In this document: piece after piece, positions 29,449 through 41,560 of the stretch
Numbering within the stretch: the stretch's first letter is position 1
Layout: every line of letters starts with the position of its first letter
Source of the DNA: an uncultured Pseudomonadota bacterium
GTDB taxonomy: Bacteria; Pseudomonadota; Alphaproteobacteria; Caulobacterales; Caulobacteraceae
Direction of reading: 5' to 3'
Length of the DNA stretch: 64,000 nucleotides
Assembly: GCA_963838235.1 (NCBI GenBank)
Contig: CAWIQJ010000001.1
Location: 28,686 to 92,685, forward strand
The notes under the pieces: model-generated
What the model saw: the letters and a program-made list of their open reading frames with translations, nothing else
The model's database searches: none
What the model was told of the DNA's origin: nothing
Program-made: the position numbers and the translations under genes

Positions 29449-30690
29449 CTAGCTCTGGGCCGCCGCCAGCCGGGCCGCGATCTCGGGCGTCAGATAGCCG
29501 TCCGCGATCAGGCCGTTCTTCTTCTCCCAGGCCCTCAGCGCCGCCCGGGTCGCCGCCCCGATCTGGCCGTCGGGCAGGCCCACCGGATAGCCAAGCCGGT
29601 CGAGCGCCGCCTGGGCGGCGAAGCGCTGGGCCCGGGACAGCGGGACCTCGTGCGGCCAGGGGGTGCGCAGGGGCGGCTCGCCCCGGATCGCATCCGCCAT
29701 CAGGCCGATGGAAAGGGCGTAGGCGATGGAGTTGTTGTACTTGCGGATGACGAAGTGGTTGGGGAAGGCCAGGAAGGCCGGCCCGCCCGCCCCGGCCGGG
29801 ACCAGCAGCATGGCCTCGGCCCCCTGGTCGGCCATAGGCCACGGCCGCCCGTCGGCCCGCTTCACCCCGTGGGTGGTCCACCAGACCGGCGCGTGTTTCT
29901 CGCTCTCGGAGATCGAATAGTCGAAGCCCGGCGGGACCAGCACCTCCACCGCCCAGTCCTGACCCCGCTGCCAGCCCTGTTTGGCCAGATGGTTGGCGGC
30001 CGAGGCCAGGGCGTCAGCCGGGTCGTTCCAGATGTCGATCTTGCCGTCGCCGTCGCCGTCCTGGCCGAGCTCGAGATAGGCGCCGGGGATGAACTGGGTC
30101 TGGCCCATGGCCCCCGCCCAGGACCCCTTCAGGCGCGACCGTGGAATGCCCTTGTCGCGGATGATGATCAGGGCGTCGATCAGCTGGTCCTCGGCCCAGT
30201 CGCGCCGGCGCCCGTCGTAGGCCAGGGTCGCAAAGGCCGAGATCACGTCATAGTCGCCCTGGATCTTTCCGAACCCGGACTCCTGGGCCCAGATCGCGAT
30301 CAGCACCTCGGGCGGCACGCCGTAGCGGGGCTCCAGGGTATTCATCCAGGGGTATTGCAGACGCAGGTTGCGACCTTCGGCCTCCCGCGCCGGCGAGATG
30401 GCGGTGCGGATGTAGTCGCTGATCGGTTTGACGAACTCGGGCTGGCCCGTGTCGTGGTTCAGGATGGAAGGGTTCAGGGTCACGTCGCTGAGCTGCTGCT
30501 CGACGAAGCCGCGGTCGAAGCCCTTCGCCACCGCCTTGTTCACAAACTGCACGCGCCAGGCGTCGAAGCTGATGGCCGGGCCGGTAGAGGGCGGCGGGAC
30601 CTGGATGACCGGCGGCGACGTCTGGGCCGCCGCGCCAAGCGGGGCGCAGGCGCTGAACAGAAACAGAAAAAGAAGACCCCAACGACGCAT
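29449..30690 (-). CDS. lytic murein transglycosylase (MltB-like) with a C-terminal peptidoglycan-binding domain
   Basis: Signal peptide, ...IWAQESGFG..., GAMGQTQFIP, and a PG_binding_1-like end (AQAALDRLGYPVGLPDGQIGAATRAALRAWEKKNGL). Confidence 0.85.
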   Translation of the reverse strand: MRRWGLLFLFLFSACAPLGAAAQTSPPVIQVPPPSTGPAISFDAWRVQFVNKAVAKGFDRGFVEQQLSDVTLNPSILNHDTGQPEFVKPISDYIRTAISPAREAEGRNLRLQYPWMNTLEPRYGVPPEVLIAIWAQESGFGKIQGDYDVISAFATLAYDGRRRDWAEDQLIDALIIIRDKGIPRSRLKGSWAGAMGQTQFIPGAYLELGQDGDGDGKIDIWNDPADALASAANHLAKQGWQRGQDWAVEVLVPPGFDYSISESEKHAPVWWTTHGVKRADGRPWPMADQGAEAMLLVPAGAGGPAFLAFPNHFVIRKYNNSIAYALSIGLMADAIRGEPPLRTPWPHEVPLSRAQRFAAQAALDRLGYPVGLPDGQIGAATRAALRAWEKKNGLIADGYLTPEIAARLAAAQS

Positions 30691-30830
30691 AGGGAATAGC
30701 TAAGGGCGAACCGGCTAAGCCTTCAATCACAACTATGAGAAGGCTGGGTTTTCCGGCGCGACGAATTGGCCTTGGCGTCCACTCTCCCCTTCTAGGGGAG
30801 GGTTTAGGAGGCGGCCGCCGCCTCCTCGCG

Positions 30831-30859
30831 TTGACAGCCGAACCCTGCCCCAGTATAGG
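30831..30859 (+). promoter_or_regulatory. candidate sigma-70 promoter for rpmJ
   Basis: TTGACA at 30831-30836, a 17-nt spacer, then TATAGG at 30854-30859, about 57 nt upstream of the rpmJ ATG. Confidence 0.45.
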
Positions 30860-30915
30860 CCTGCGCTCGCTCCGCCGGCCCTCCGGCGGGGTTCTTGTTT
30901 GATAAGGCCGAGACG

Positions 30916-31041
30916 ATGAAGGTCCGCAGCTCGCTGAAATCCCTGAAGGGTCGCCACCGCGACTGCAAGGTCGTGCGCCGCAAGGGCCGGGTCTACGTCA
31001 TCAACAAGACCAACCCGCGCTTCAAGGCCAGGCAGGGCTGA
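30916..31041 (+). CDS. rpmJ: 50S ribosomal protein L36
   Basis: Manual translation gives [41 protein letters not shown]. It is below the ORF-track length cut-off. Confidence 0.9.
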   Translation: MKVRSSLKSLKGRHRDCKVVRRKGRVYVINKTNPRFKARQG

Positions 31042-31067
31042 GGCTCCGCCTCCTTCGAACGCTTCCG

Positions 31068-31093
31068 AGGCCGCGGCGCTCCGCGGCCTTTTT
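31068..31093 (+). terminator. rho-independent terminator of rpmJ
   Basis: aggccgcgg-cgct-ccgcggcct followed by TTTTG. Confidence 0.7.
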
Positions 31094-31119
31094 GCTGCGC
31101 CAAACCCCGCCTCGGGTGG

Positions 31120-31128
31120 TTATCCACA
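31120..31128 (+). promoter_or_regulatory. consensus DnaA box upstream of gapR
   Basis: Exact TTATCCACA, 111 nt upstream of the gapR ATG. Confidence 0.45.
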
Positions 31129-31238
31129 AACTATCCCCGCCTGATCGGCGCCCGCGACAGGGCGCGCCGTTGAGGCCGTGGGGGGCGGGTGGTTAGCGTC
31201 TGCGGGAAACCAAGTCCCGATTCCCCCGGAGCAGACCC

Positions 31239-31517
31239 ATGGCCGCCGACGACGCCTCCTTCCCCACCAACGCCGACGTGCTGAGCTCCACCGCCCAGGG
31301 CAAGCTGAAGAGCCTGATCGAACGCATCGAGCGTCTGGAAGAGGACAAGGCCGCCGTGGCCGCCGACCTGAAGGAGGTGTTCGGCGAGGCCAAGGGCGAG
31401 GGCTTCGACACCAAGATCGTGCGCAAGGTCGTGCGCCTGCGCAAACAGGACAAGGCCAAGCGCCAGGAGGAGGAGGCGCTGATCGACCTCTACCTTTCTG
31501 CTATCGGAGGGCTGTGA
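31239..31517 (+). CDS. gapR: nucleoid-associated protein GapR (DUF2312)
   Basis: [74 protein letters not shown] closely resembles Caulobacter GapR as I remember it. Confidence 0.9.
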   Translation: MAADDASFPTNADVLSSTAQGKLKSLIERIERLEEDKAAVAADLKEVFGEAKGEGFDTKIVRKVVRLRKQDKAKRQEEEALIDLYLSAIGGL

Positions 31518-31906
31518 AGCGATCCTCCTTCGGCGACCGATCGAAGCCCAAGCCGTCTCGCAAAGAAGCGGCGAGCAAGACGCCGCCTGACCGGAAGGCC
31601 GCCGCCCGCAAGGCGGCGGTTCGCGCCTTGGAAAAAGCCAAGCGCCTCGCCGACCGCGCCGGCGTCAAACTCTCCGACTGGGAAGACGAGTTCCTCGGTT
31701 CGGTGGCGACCCGTGTGAAGACCTTCGGCCGCGCCTTCGCCGACCCCGAAAAAGGCGACCCGCGCGCACCCCTGTCGATGCTGCAGGCGGTGAAGCTGAA
31801 GGAGATTGTCGCCAAGGCGAAAGGGGGAAAGACGAAGGGAGAGGGGGCGAAGGGGGATAAGCGCCGTTCCAGCCTCCTGAAGCGAAAAAAATCTCCACGC
31901 GCCTGA
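31514..31906 (+). CDS. hypothetical Lys/Arg-rich protein translationally coupled to gapR
   Basis: The GTG overlaps the gapR TGA (GTGA). 130 aa with basic termini and a conserved-looking core ([29 protein letters not shown]). Confidence 0.55.
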   Translation: MKRSSFGDRSKPKPSRKEAASKTPPDRKAAARKAAVRALEKAKRLADRAGVKLSDWEDEFLGSVATRVKTFGRAFADPEKGDPRAPLSMLQAVKLKEIVAKAKGGKTKGEGAKGDKRRSSLLKRKKSPRA

Positions 31907-32055
31907 CCTTTCGGTGATCCGATTTGCCGATCCGTGCGTATAAAGGGCGACTTTGTGTCAGGAACCGATCCCGGGCTTCGGCCGTCTAAGGATCGGTCGG
32001 ACCCTCTGACCACGGGTCGCTCACCTTCGACGGGGGCGTCGAAAGGAGTGTTCGC

Positions 32056-33115
32056 GTGACGACGCCCGCAAGGCTGCTGTCGCTTGCCACCGCAAGCCCG
32101 CCCCACATTATCGACCAGCGTGACGCCGCCGCCGCGTGCGAACGGCTGTTCGCCGGCCGCTATCGCGAATTCGAACGCTTGTCCGCGGTGTTCGGGACCA
32201 CCGGCATCCGTCAGCGCCAGTCGGTCAAACCCATCGAATGGTACTTCGAGGACCGAGGCTGGCCCGAACGCACCGCCGCCTACCTCGAAGGCGCCGACGA
32301 TCTGTTTGTCGACTGCGCGACCAAGGCGCTGGAGATCGCCGAGGTCCTGGCGTCGGAGATCGACACCATCGTCACCGTCTCCTCCACCGGCATCGCGACG
32401 CCGAGCCTGGAGGCGCGGGTGATGACGCGCATGGGCTTCCGCAACGACGTGCAACGCGTGCCGGTGTTCGGCCTAGGCTGCGCCGGCGGCGTGAGCGGGC
32501 TGTCGCTCGCCGACCGTCTGGCGCGGGCGCAACCCGGGATCGAAGGTGCTGTTCGTCACCATCGAGATCTGCACCCTGGCCTTCCGTCTCGACGAACTGA
32601 CCAGGGCCAACATCGTCGCCACCGCCCTGTTCGGTGACGGCGCCGCGGCGTGCGTGATCTCGACCGAAGGCCGCTCGCCGCTGGTGATCGAAGGCGCGGG
32701 CGAACACACCTGGTACGACACCCTCGACATCATGGGTTGGAACGTCGATCCGCAGGGTTTCGGCGTGATCTTCGACCGCTCGATTCCGCCGTTCGCGACC
32801 AAGAACCTCGGCCCCGCGATGGAAGGCATCCTCGCGCGCCTGGGTCTTTCCATGGAGGACGTGGACCGCTTCGTCTGCCACCCCGGCGGCGCCAAGGTGG
32901 TCACGCGCTGGAGGCCGCCTACCGCCTCGATCAGGGCGCGCTCGACCACGAGCGCGAGGTGCTGGCCAACCACGGCAACATGACGCGCGCCCACGGTGAT
33001 GTTCGTGCTCGACCGGCTGATGCAGCACGAAACCCTGCCGCGACGTTCGGTGCTGTCCTCGCTCGGCCCGGGGTTCACCGCCAGCGCGGTCTCGCTGCTG
33101 AATGAGGCGGCGTGA
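32056..33115 (+). pseudogene. type III polyketide synthase (chalcone/stilbene synthase family) with two frameshifts
   Basis: VPVFGLGCAGGVSGL (active-site Cys), LFVTIEICTLAF, FGDGAAACV, FVCHPGGAKV, GNMS/APTVMFVL and GPGFTA lie in three frames. Confidence 0.85.
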
Positions 33116-33611
33116 TCACCGCGTTGGCCGTCCTGGCGGTTCGTCACCCTGCTGCGGCTGGGCGAACTGGTCTATGCGCGCGCCAACACCAAGCGCCTGC
33201 TCGCCCAGGGCGGCTATGAGGTCGGCGCCGCGCACTATCCGCTGATCGTCGTCATGCACGCGGCCTGGCTGATCGGGCTGTGGGCGCTGGGCTGGAACCG
33301 CGCGGTGTCGTCTGCCCTGGCTCGCGGTGTTCGTCGTGATCGAAGTCGCGCGTGTCTGGGTGCTGGCCTCGATCGGCCGCCGCTGGACCACGCGCATCAT
33401 CGTGGTGCCAGGCGAGACGCTGGTGCGCAAAGGACCCTACCGGTTCTTTCCGCATCCGAACTATGCGGTGGTGGTGGCCGAAATCCTGGTCCTGCCGATG
33501 GTGTTCGGCCTGTGGTGGTTCGCGCTGGTGTTCACCGTGCTGAACGCGGGCGTGCTGTGGATTCGCATCCGCGCAGAAAACACGGTGCTGGAGCCGGCGC
33601 GGACCGCTTAG
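33112..33611 (+). pseudogene. isoprenylcysteine carboxyl methyltransferase (ICMT)-family membrane methyltransferase, frameshifted
   Basis: GTGA overlap with the PKS stop. C-terminal signature GPYRFFPHPNYAVVVAEILVLPMVFG. The N-terminal part is in other frames. Confidence 0.75.
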
Positions 33612-33668
33612 GCGGTCGCCCTTCGCAAGGAAGGGGCCCACGAAAAACACGAACGCTACCCCCCACGC

Positions 33669-33835
33669 CCGTCATCCCCGGACTTGTTCCGGGGATCCAT
33701 GGTGGCCCTGACAGAAAGCGATGCGTGAGCGCTCGCGCGAACCGGCGCTGCGCGCGCAGTGGCTCGCTGGACGCTCGCTCAACCCGTCGGAGCTTGCGGA
33801 ACGATGGACCCCCGGAACAAGTCGGGGGGTGACGG
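33669..33835. repeat. MITE-like element, family 1, copy 2
   Basis: Arms ccgtcatccccggacttgttccggggatccat (33669-33700) and atggacccccggaacaagtcggggggtgacgg (33804-33835) are imperfect reverse complements. The core gcgtgagcgctcgcgcgaacc matches 5848-5868. Confidence 0.65.
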
Positions 33836-33864
33836 CATGTTAGAGAGAGGGTACGCGAGCGACC

Positions 33865-35367
<1,503 letters not shown>

Positions 35368-35535
35368 TTTGCCGCGGCCTCTGACGGACCGGCTTGCTTG
35401 TCGCGAATTGAGACAGAGGCGGGTGAAGATCAGGTTTAGGACTTCCTCACGAAGACCTAACCGTTTGCCTTAACGAGAGGTTTGCGGTTGATAGGCGTCC
35501 GCGCGCCAACCCCTTTCCGCCCAGGAGATTTCGCC

Positions 35536-37337
35536 TTGGATGCCCGGACCCGCAGTGAGCTTCCCGTGTGGGACTCGTCCGACCTCTATGCGGCGCCCGA
35601 CGACCCCAGGATCGCCGCCGACCTGACCGCGGCGGCGGCTTGAGGTTGCGGTGCTGAAAAAATATGAGGGCGCGTTCGAGGCGGCGCGGTCGGAAGCGGC
35701 TAAGCTCGGCGGGCTCATCGCCGAGGGGATCGCGCTCTACGAGACCATCGCCGACCGGCTGGGCGCGGTGGGCGCCTACGCCGCGCTGAAGGCGCAGACG
35801 GCCCTGGCGGATCCGGAGATCGGCAAGTTCCAGGCGGACGTGTCGCTGAAGATCCAGACCATCGCGCTCGACACCCTGTTCGTGACGCTGGAACTGAACC
35901 GTCTCGAGGATGCGGAGATCGACGCCGCGCTCGACGCGGTTCCGGCGGCCAAGCGATGGACGCCGTGGCTGCGGCGCGTGCGGCTCAACCGGCCGCACGA
36001 ACTCGACGCCGAACTCGAGCGCTTCATGGCCGAGCGCACCGCCGCGGTGATGCAGTGGACGCGGCTCTACGACGAAACCTTCGCGCGGCTGCAGGTGAAG
36101 GCCGGCCGCGAGACCCTGACCTTCAACGCGGCGCTGGCGCGCCTGTCCGATGCGGACGCGGGCAAACGCAAACGCGCGGCCGAGGGCGCGGCCGTGGCGA
36201 TGGAGCGCCGTGCAGCAACAAACTCGCGCTCGTCCTGAACACGCTGGCGCTGGAGAAACAGGTGGAGGACCGCTGGCGCAAGTTCGCCGATCCCGCCGCC
36301 TCGCGCCACCTGGCCAACGAGGTCGACGCCGAAGCGGTGGTGGCCATGACCGCAGCGGTGGTCGAAGCCTACCCCCGCCTCAGCCACCGCTATTACGCCT
36401 TGAAGGCCAAGGCTGATGGGCAAGACCCAAGCTCGACTACTGGGACCGCAACGCGCCGCTCGAAAAGACCGCGCCCGCGCGCGCTACGACTGGGCGCGCG
36501 CCAAAAAGGTCGTGCTGTCGGCGTTCGGCGATCTGGCGCCCGACTTCGCCGCGCGCGCCGAGGGCTTCTTCGACCGGCCCTGGATCGACGCCGAGCCCCG
36601 GCCCGGCAAGAACTCCGGCGCCTATCTGCCATCCGGTGACCGCCGACCGGCACCCGTACGTGCTGCTGAACTTCATGCGGCGAGCGGCGCGACGTGCTGA
36701 CCCTGGCGCACGAACTCGGCCACGCGGTGCACCAGACCCTGGCCGCAGCCGCTCGGCACGCTCTTGGCCGACACGCCGCTGACGCTGGCGGAAACCGCGT
36801 CGATCTTCGGCGAGGGCCTGGTGTTCGAGCGCCTGCTGGCCGAGGCCAAGCCGCGCGAACAGCGGGGCCTGCTCGCCGGCAAGATCGAGGACGGACTGAA
36901 CACGGTGGTGCGCCAGATCGCCTTCCACCGCTTCGAGACTCGCTTCCACGCCGCCCGCGCCGAGGGCGAGGTGTCGGCCGATCAGATCGGCGGCGATATG
37001 GATGGAGGCCGATGGGCGAGAGCCTGGGCCCGGCGATCACGGCTGAACCCCGGCTACGAGGTCTAGTGGGCCTACGTCAGCCACTTCGTCCACGCCCGTT
37101 CTATGTCTATGCCTATGCCTTCGGGAACCTTCTGGTCGAGGCGCTGATGGAGGCGCCGCTCGCAGGACCCGGCCGGGTTCGCCGCCGCTGTACGAGGCGC
37201 TGCTGGCCGGCGGCGGGACCCGTACCTATGTCGAGGCGCTGGCCCCCTTCGGCCTCGATCCGCTGAAGCCGGAATTCTGGCGCATGGGCCTTGCCCGGCT
37301 CGAGGGCCTGATCGACCGGTTCGAGACCGTCGCCTGA
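35536..37337 (+). pseudogene. pepF: M3-family oligoendopeptidase F (PepF) with many frameshifts
   Basis: AGGAGA RBS plus TTG start. LAHELGHAVH zinc motif. PepF-like blocks (WDRNAPL, PGKNSGAY, ETASIFGE, RQIAFHRFE, FYVYAYAFG) lie in alternating frames. Confidence 0.8.
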
Positions 37338-37405
37338 CCCCTTGAGCCTGACGCTTCCGCCGGTATATTCCGCGCCGCAAGATCAGCTTCAGGAGACCGC
37401 GACCC

Positions 37406-37645
37406 ATGGCCGCTAGCGAGTACAACATCGGCGACCAGGAGATCGACCAGGCCAAGGCGACCTATTCGGCCTTCATCACGGCCTCGAAGTGGAGTTCGCT
37501 CTGGCTGGCGGCCGTGATCGTCGCCCTGGTCGTCTGGTTCTGCACGGACCAGGGCTTCCTGCCGGGCGCGATCTCGGCGGTCGTGATCCTGATCCTGGGC
37601 TATATGCTGTTGCGCAAGCGACCGGCGAAGGCGACCGGACACTGA
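37406..37645 (+). CDS. small membrane protein, aa3-type cytochrome oxidase subunit IV-like (COX4_pro_2 type)
   Basis: 79 aa. QAKATYSAFITASKWSSLWLAAVIVALVVWF pattern. It occupies the position upstream of pntA that I recall in other alphaproteobacteria. Confidence 0.55.
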   Translation: MAASEYNIGDQEIDQAKATYSAFITASKWSSLWLAAVIVALVVWFCTDQGFLPGAISAVVILILGYMLLRKRPAKATGH

Positions 37646-37748
37646 TCCGCCGCGCGGGCCAATCGCCCCGCAGCTTCCGGCATCGAAACGATTTGCGCGG
37701 CGGTCGAACCACGCTAGCGTCCTTTGACGACTCGACGGGGAGGGCGAC

Positions 37749-38882
37749 TTGGCTTTCACGATCGCGGTGACCACAGAGCGGCGGGCCGATGAGACCCGCG
37801 TCGCGGCGACGCCCGATGCGGTGAAGAAGCTCGTGGCCCTGGGCGCCGAGGTGGTCGTCGAGCGCGGCGCCGGCGACGGCGCTTCCATTCCCGACAACGC
37901 CTATCTCGATGCGGGCGCCAAGATCGTCCCCGACGCTCAGTCCGCGCTGGCCGCGGCCGACCTGGTGTTCAAGGTGCGTGCGCCCGAGGCCAGCGAGATC
38001 AAGGCGATGAAGTCCGGCGCCATGCTCTGCGCCATGCTCGACGCCTTCCGCGAGGGCGACACGGTCCAGGCCTTAGCCGCCCAGGGCGTCACCGCCTTCG
38101 CCATGGAGTTCGTGCCCCGCATCACCCGCGCCCAGGCCATGGACGTGCTGTCCTCCCAGGCCAACCTCGCCGGCTATCGCGCGGTGATCGAGGCGGCGGA
38201 GGCCTACGGTCGCGTGTTCCCGATGATGATGACCGCCGCGGGCACGGTGGCTGCGGCCAAGGTGTTCGTGATGGGCGCGGGCGTCGCCGGCCTGCAGGCG
38301 ATCGCGACGGCCAGGCGGATGGGCGCCATCGTCACCGCCACCGACGTCAGGCCCGCCGCCAAGGAGCAGGTGGAAAGCCTCGGCGCCAAGTTCGTCGCCG
38401 TCGAGGACGAAGAGTTCAAGGCCGCCGAAACCGCCGCCGGCTACGCCAAGGAAATGAGCGCCGAGTACAAGGCCAAACAGGCCGACCTCGTCGCCGGTCA
38501 CATCACCAAACAGGACGTGGTGATCACCACCGCGCTGATCCCTGGCCGCCCCGCGCCCAAGCTGGTGTCGCGCGCCCACGTCGACTCGATGAAGCCGGGC
38601 TCGGTGATCGTCGACCTGGCAGTGGAGCAGGGCGGCAACTGCGAATCGAGCGAACCCGGCAAGATCGCCACCACGCCGAACGGCGTGACCATCGTGGGCC
38701 TGTACAATCTTCCCGGCCGCGTCGCCGCCGACGCGTCCCAGCTCTATGCGCGCAACCTCGTGTCCTTCGCCGGCCTGCTGGTGAAGGACGGTGCGCTGCA
38801 GCCCGATTTCGAGGACGAGATCCTCAAGGGCGCCTGTGTGACGCGCGACGGCAAGGTCGTACATCCCGCGCTGACGAAATGA
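37749..38882 (+). CDS. pntAA: NAD(P) transhydrogenase subunit alpha, part 1
   Basis: TTG start. Alanine-dehydrogenase/PNT domain and [18 protein letters not shown] Rossmann motif. Confidence 0.9.
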   Translation: MAFTIAVTTERRADETRVAATPDAVKKLVALGAEVVVERGAGDGASIPDNAYLDAGAKIVPDAQSALAAADLVFKVRAPEASEIKAMKSGAMLCAMLDAFREGDTVQALAAQGVTAFAMEFVPRITRAQAMDVLSSQANLAGYRAVIEAAEAYGRVFPMMMTAAGTVAAAKVFVMGAGVAGLQAIATARRMGAIVTATDVRPAAKEQVESLGAKFVAVEDEEFKAAETAAGYAKEMSAEYKAKQADLVAGHITKQDVVITTALIPGRPAPKLVSRAHVDSMKPGSVIVDLAVEQGGNCESSEPGKIATTPNGVTIVGLYNLPGRVAADASQLYARNLVSFAGLLVKDGALQPDFEDEILKGACVTRDGKVVHPALTK

Positions 38883-38895
38883 CGGAGTTCAGCTG

Positions 38896-39252
38896 ATGGA
38901 AAGCGTCGTCGACCCGACCGTCTTCCGCCTCGCCATCTTCGTGCTGGCGATCTTCGTGGGCTACTATGTGGTGTGGAGCGTGACGCCCGCCCTGCACACG
39001 CCCCTGATGGCGGTGACCAATGCCATTTCGTCGGTGATCGTGGTGGGCGCCTTGCTCGCGGCCTCGGCCATGAGCGCCCACACCGGCGATCCGGCGTCGG
39101 CCAAGGTGTGGATTTCCAAGGGCGCCGGCGCGGTGGCGGCCGGGCTCGCCAGTGTCAACATCTTCGGCGGGTTTCTGGTCACCCAGCGCATGCTGGCCAT
39201 GTATCGCAAGAAGACGCCCGCCCAAAAAGCGCCGGCAAAGAGCGCGTCGTGA
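38896..39252 (+). CDS. pntAB: NAD(P) transhydrogenase subunit alpha, part 2 (membrane)
   Basis: [21 protein letters not shown]...[13 protein letters not shown]. Confidence 0.9.
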   Translation: MESVVDPTVFRLAIFVLAIFVGYYVVWSVTPALHTPLMAVTNAISSVIVVGALLAASAMSAHTGDPASAKVWISKGAGAVAAGLASVNIFGGFLVTQRMLAMYRKKTPAQKAPAKSAS

Positions 39253-39578
39253 TGAGCCCCGCCGTGCTGGCCGACATCATCGACTACGCCTGCTGGTTCA
39301 CCGCCTTTGCGTCGATCGGCAGCTATGTGATCGTGTTCCTGCGCAATCGCCCGCACCTGCGGCCGCTGAATGCGTTGGGCCTGCTGCTGGTGGGCGCCGC
39401 CCTGCTCGGTCTGCCCACGGTGATCGGCCATCCGGTTCCGGCGGGGCGCGCGCCGATCACCATCTACATCGTGCTGTTGCTGGTCGCTTCGGCGATCTTC
39501 CAGGCGATCTCGGCCTTCCGCCGCAGGCCGCGCGAACGCGCGGGCGCAGCGACGCCTGCCGCGGCGGCGGGACAGTGA
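39252..39578 (+). CDS. hypothetical membrane protein inserted between pntAB and pntB
   Basis: The ATG overlaps the pntAB TGA by 1 nt. ~108 aa with three predicted TM helices and high GC3. Confidence 0.5.
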   Translation: MSPAVLADIIDYACWFTAFASIGSYVIVFLRNRPHLRPLNALGLLLVGAALLGLPTVIGHPVPAGRAPITIYIVLLLVASAIFQAISAFRRRPRERAGAATPAAAAGQ

Positions 39579-39600
39579 CGGCGATGGGGGACCAAGGCGC

Positions 39601-41028
39601 ATGACACCTCAACTCGCCGCCAACGGCGCGGCCCTGGCCTATCTCGCCTCGGGGGTTCTTTTCATCCTCGCCCTGCGCGGGCTGAGCAATCCGGAGACCA
39701 GCCGCAGAGGCAATACGCTGGGCATGATCGGCATGGCGATCGCCATCGCGGTCACCCTGATGACCGCCTATGCGCAGGGCGCGCTCGATGTGGTGACGCT
39801 CGGCATGATCGGCGCGGGCGTGGTGGTCGGCGGCGGCGTCGGCGCGGTGATCGCGCGCTCGGTGAAGATGACCGCCATGCCGCAACTCGTCGCTGCCTTT
39901 CACTCGCTGGTCGGCATGGCCGCGTGCCTGGTCGCGGTGGGCGCGATCTATACGCCGGGCGCCTTCGGCATCACCGGGCCCGACGGTGTTATCCATCTGC
40001 AGTCGATTATCGAGCTGTCGATCGGGGTGGCCATCGGGGCGGTGACGTTCACCGGTTCGGTGATCGCCTTCGCCAAGCTGAACGGCAATATGTCGGGCGC
40101 GCCGATCCTGCTGCCCGCGCGGCATCTGCTGAACATCGCCATCGCCGTCGGCATCGTGGTGCTGATCGTCTTGCTGGTGATGTCGCACGGCCAGGCCTAC
40201 TGGGCGTTCTGGGGCGTGTTCGGCCTGTCGCTACTGATGGGGATCACCCTGATCATCCCGATCGGCGGCGCCGACATGCCGGTCGTGGTCTCGATGCTGA
40301 ACAGCTATTCGGGCTGGGCGGCGGCCGCGCTGGGGTTCACGCTCGAGAACACCGCGCTGATCATCACCGGCGCCCTGGTGGGCTCGTCGGGCGCCATCCT
40401 CAGCTACATCATGTGCAAGGGGATGAACCGCAGCTTCATCTCGGTGATCTTGGGCGGCTTCGGCGGCGAAGTGGCGGCGGGCGCCGGCGGCAAGGTCGAG
40501 ACGCGGCCGGTGAAGCAGGGCTCCGCCGAAGACGCCGCCTTCATTATGAAGAACGCGGGCAAGGTGATCATCGTCCCCGGCTACGGCATGGCGGTGGCCC
40601 AGGCCCAGCACGCGCTGCGCGAAATGGGCGACCGGCTGAAGGCCGAGGGCGTCGACGTCAGCTACGCCATCCACCCGGTGGCCGGCCGCATGCCCGGCCA
40701 CATGAACGTGCTGCTGGCCGAGGCCAACGTCCCCTACGACGAGGTGTTCGAGCTCGAGGACATCAACGCCGAGTTCGCCCAGGCCGACGTCGCCTTCGTC
40801 ATCGGGGCCAACGACGTGACCAATCCGGCAGCCAAGACCGACCCGACCTCGCCCATCTACGGCATGCCCATCCTGGACGTGGACAAGGCCAAGACCGTGC
40901 TCTTCATCAAGCGCGGCATGGGCTCCGGCTATGCCGGGGTCGAGAACGAGCTCTTCTTCCGCGACAACACCATGATGCTGTTCGGCGACGCCAAGAAAAT
41001 GGTCGAGGGCATCCTGAAGGCGCTCTGA
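39601..41028 (+). CDS. pntB: NAD(P) transhydrogenase subunit beta
   Basis: 475 aa. Membrane N-terminal half and dIII NADP(H) domain (GYGMAVAQAQH...HPVAGRMPGHMNVLLAEA). Confidence 0.9.
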   Translation: MTPQLAANGAALAYLASGVLFILALRGLSNPETSRRGNTLGMIGMAIAIAVTLMTAYAQGALDVVTLGMIGAGVVVGGGVGAVIARSVKMTAMPQLVAAFHSLVGMAACLVAVGAIYTPGAFGITGPDGVIHLQSIIELSIGVAIGAVTFTGSVIAFAKLNGNMSGAPILLPARHLLNIAIAVGIVVLIVLLVMSHGQAYWAFWGVFGLSLLMGITLIIPIGGADMPVVVSMLNSYSGWAAAALGFTLENTALIITGALVGSSGAILSYIMCKGMNRSFISVILGGFGGEVAAGAGGKVETRPVKQGSAEDAAFIMKNAGKVIIVPGYGMAVAQAQHALREMGDRLKAEGVDVSYAIHPVAGRMPGHMNVLLAEANVPYDEVFELEDINAEFAQADVAFVIGANDVTNPAAKTDPTSPIYGMPILDVDKAKTVLFIKRGMGSGYAGVENELFFRDNTMMLFGDAKKMVEGILKAL

Positions 41029-41048
41029 CGAGGCGCGCCGAAGGCGTT

Positions 41049-41209
41049 CAAGAAAACTGCAGAGATCGCAGAGAAAGAAAACCGCAGAGACCGCGGAGCG
41101 GTCCCAGATGTCCTCACCCTGGAGATCTTTGGAAGGTCGCTTCGCGACAAGCGCTCCCTCTCTGCGCCCTCTGCGGTTTTCTTTCTCCGCGATCTCTGCG
41201 GTTGAATCC
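41049..41209. repeat. MITE-like element, family 2, copy 2
   Basis: The left arm cgcagagatcgcagagaaagaaaaccgcagag matches the reverse complement of the right arm, with 1-2 mismatches. The core is shared with 18624-18770. Confidence 0.7.
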
Positions 41210-41520
41210 TTCGGAAGCCACTGCCGGGCCGCTAGGAGCAGGGTCCGGCGCACGCCCTGGGCCGGAAATACATTGAAAACCCCTGTGTTCGTCCGTACCT
41301 CGGCTGCGAAGACCGCCCCTGTTCATGGCAAGCGGCCTCCCCCAAGCGGCTAGACCGGTGTTGGCGCCGCGTTAACCAGTTGCGCGCCGATGAATACAAA
41401 TAGAGTGACGTTTAATATCTCGAATAGACACCCAGGACACGCCGGTGCGGCCGATTAACAACAGTCATGCTTGTTTGAGAATTACAGAAACGTGATGAGC
41501 AAAGCTGAGCCGCGGGACAT

Positions 41521-41560
41521 TCTGTCACCTTTTGACAGAGCCTGATCCGGGCGATATAGC
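41521..41560 (+). promoter_or_regulatory. candidate sigma-70 promoter with an overlapping palindrome, upstream of the M23 peptidase gene
   Basis: TTGACA (41532-41537), 17 nt, TATAGC (41555-41560). The palindrome tctgtca-N5-tgacaga (41521-41539) covers the -35. Lies in an AT-rich ~280-nt leader region. Confidence 0.4.

Noticed and set aside
28475-29881. 468-aa minus ORF spanning motA and the 3' end of the transglycosylase gene
   Set aside because: It is an artefactual fusion. Its middle section is the genuine MotA frame, but its N-terminal part is out of frame within mltB and its C-terminal part is out of frame within motA.
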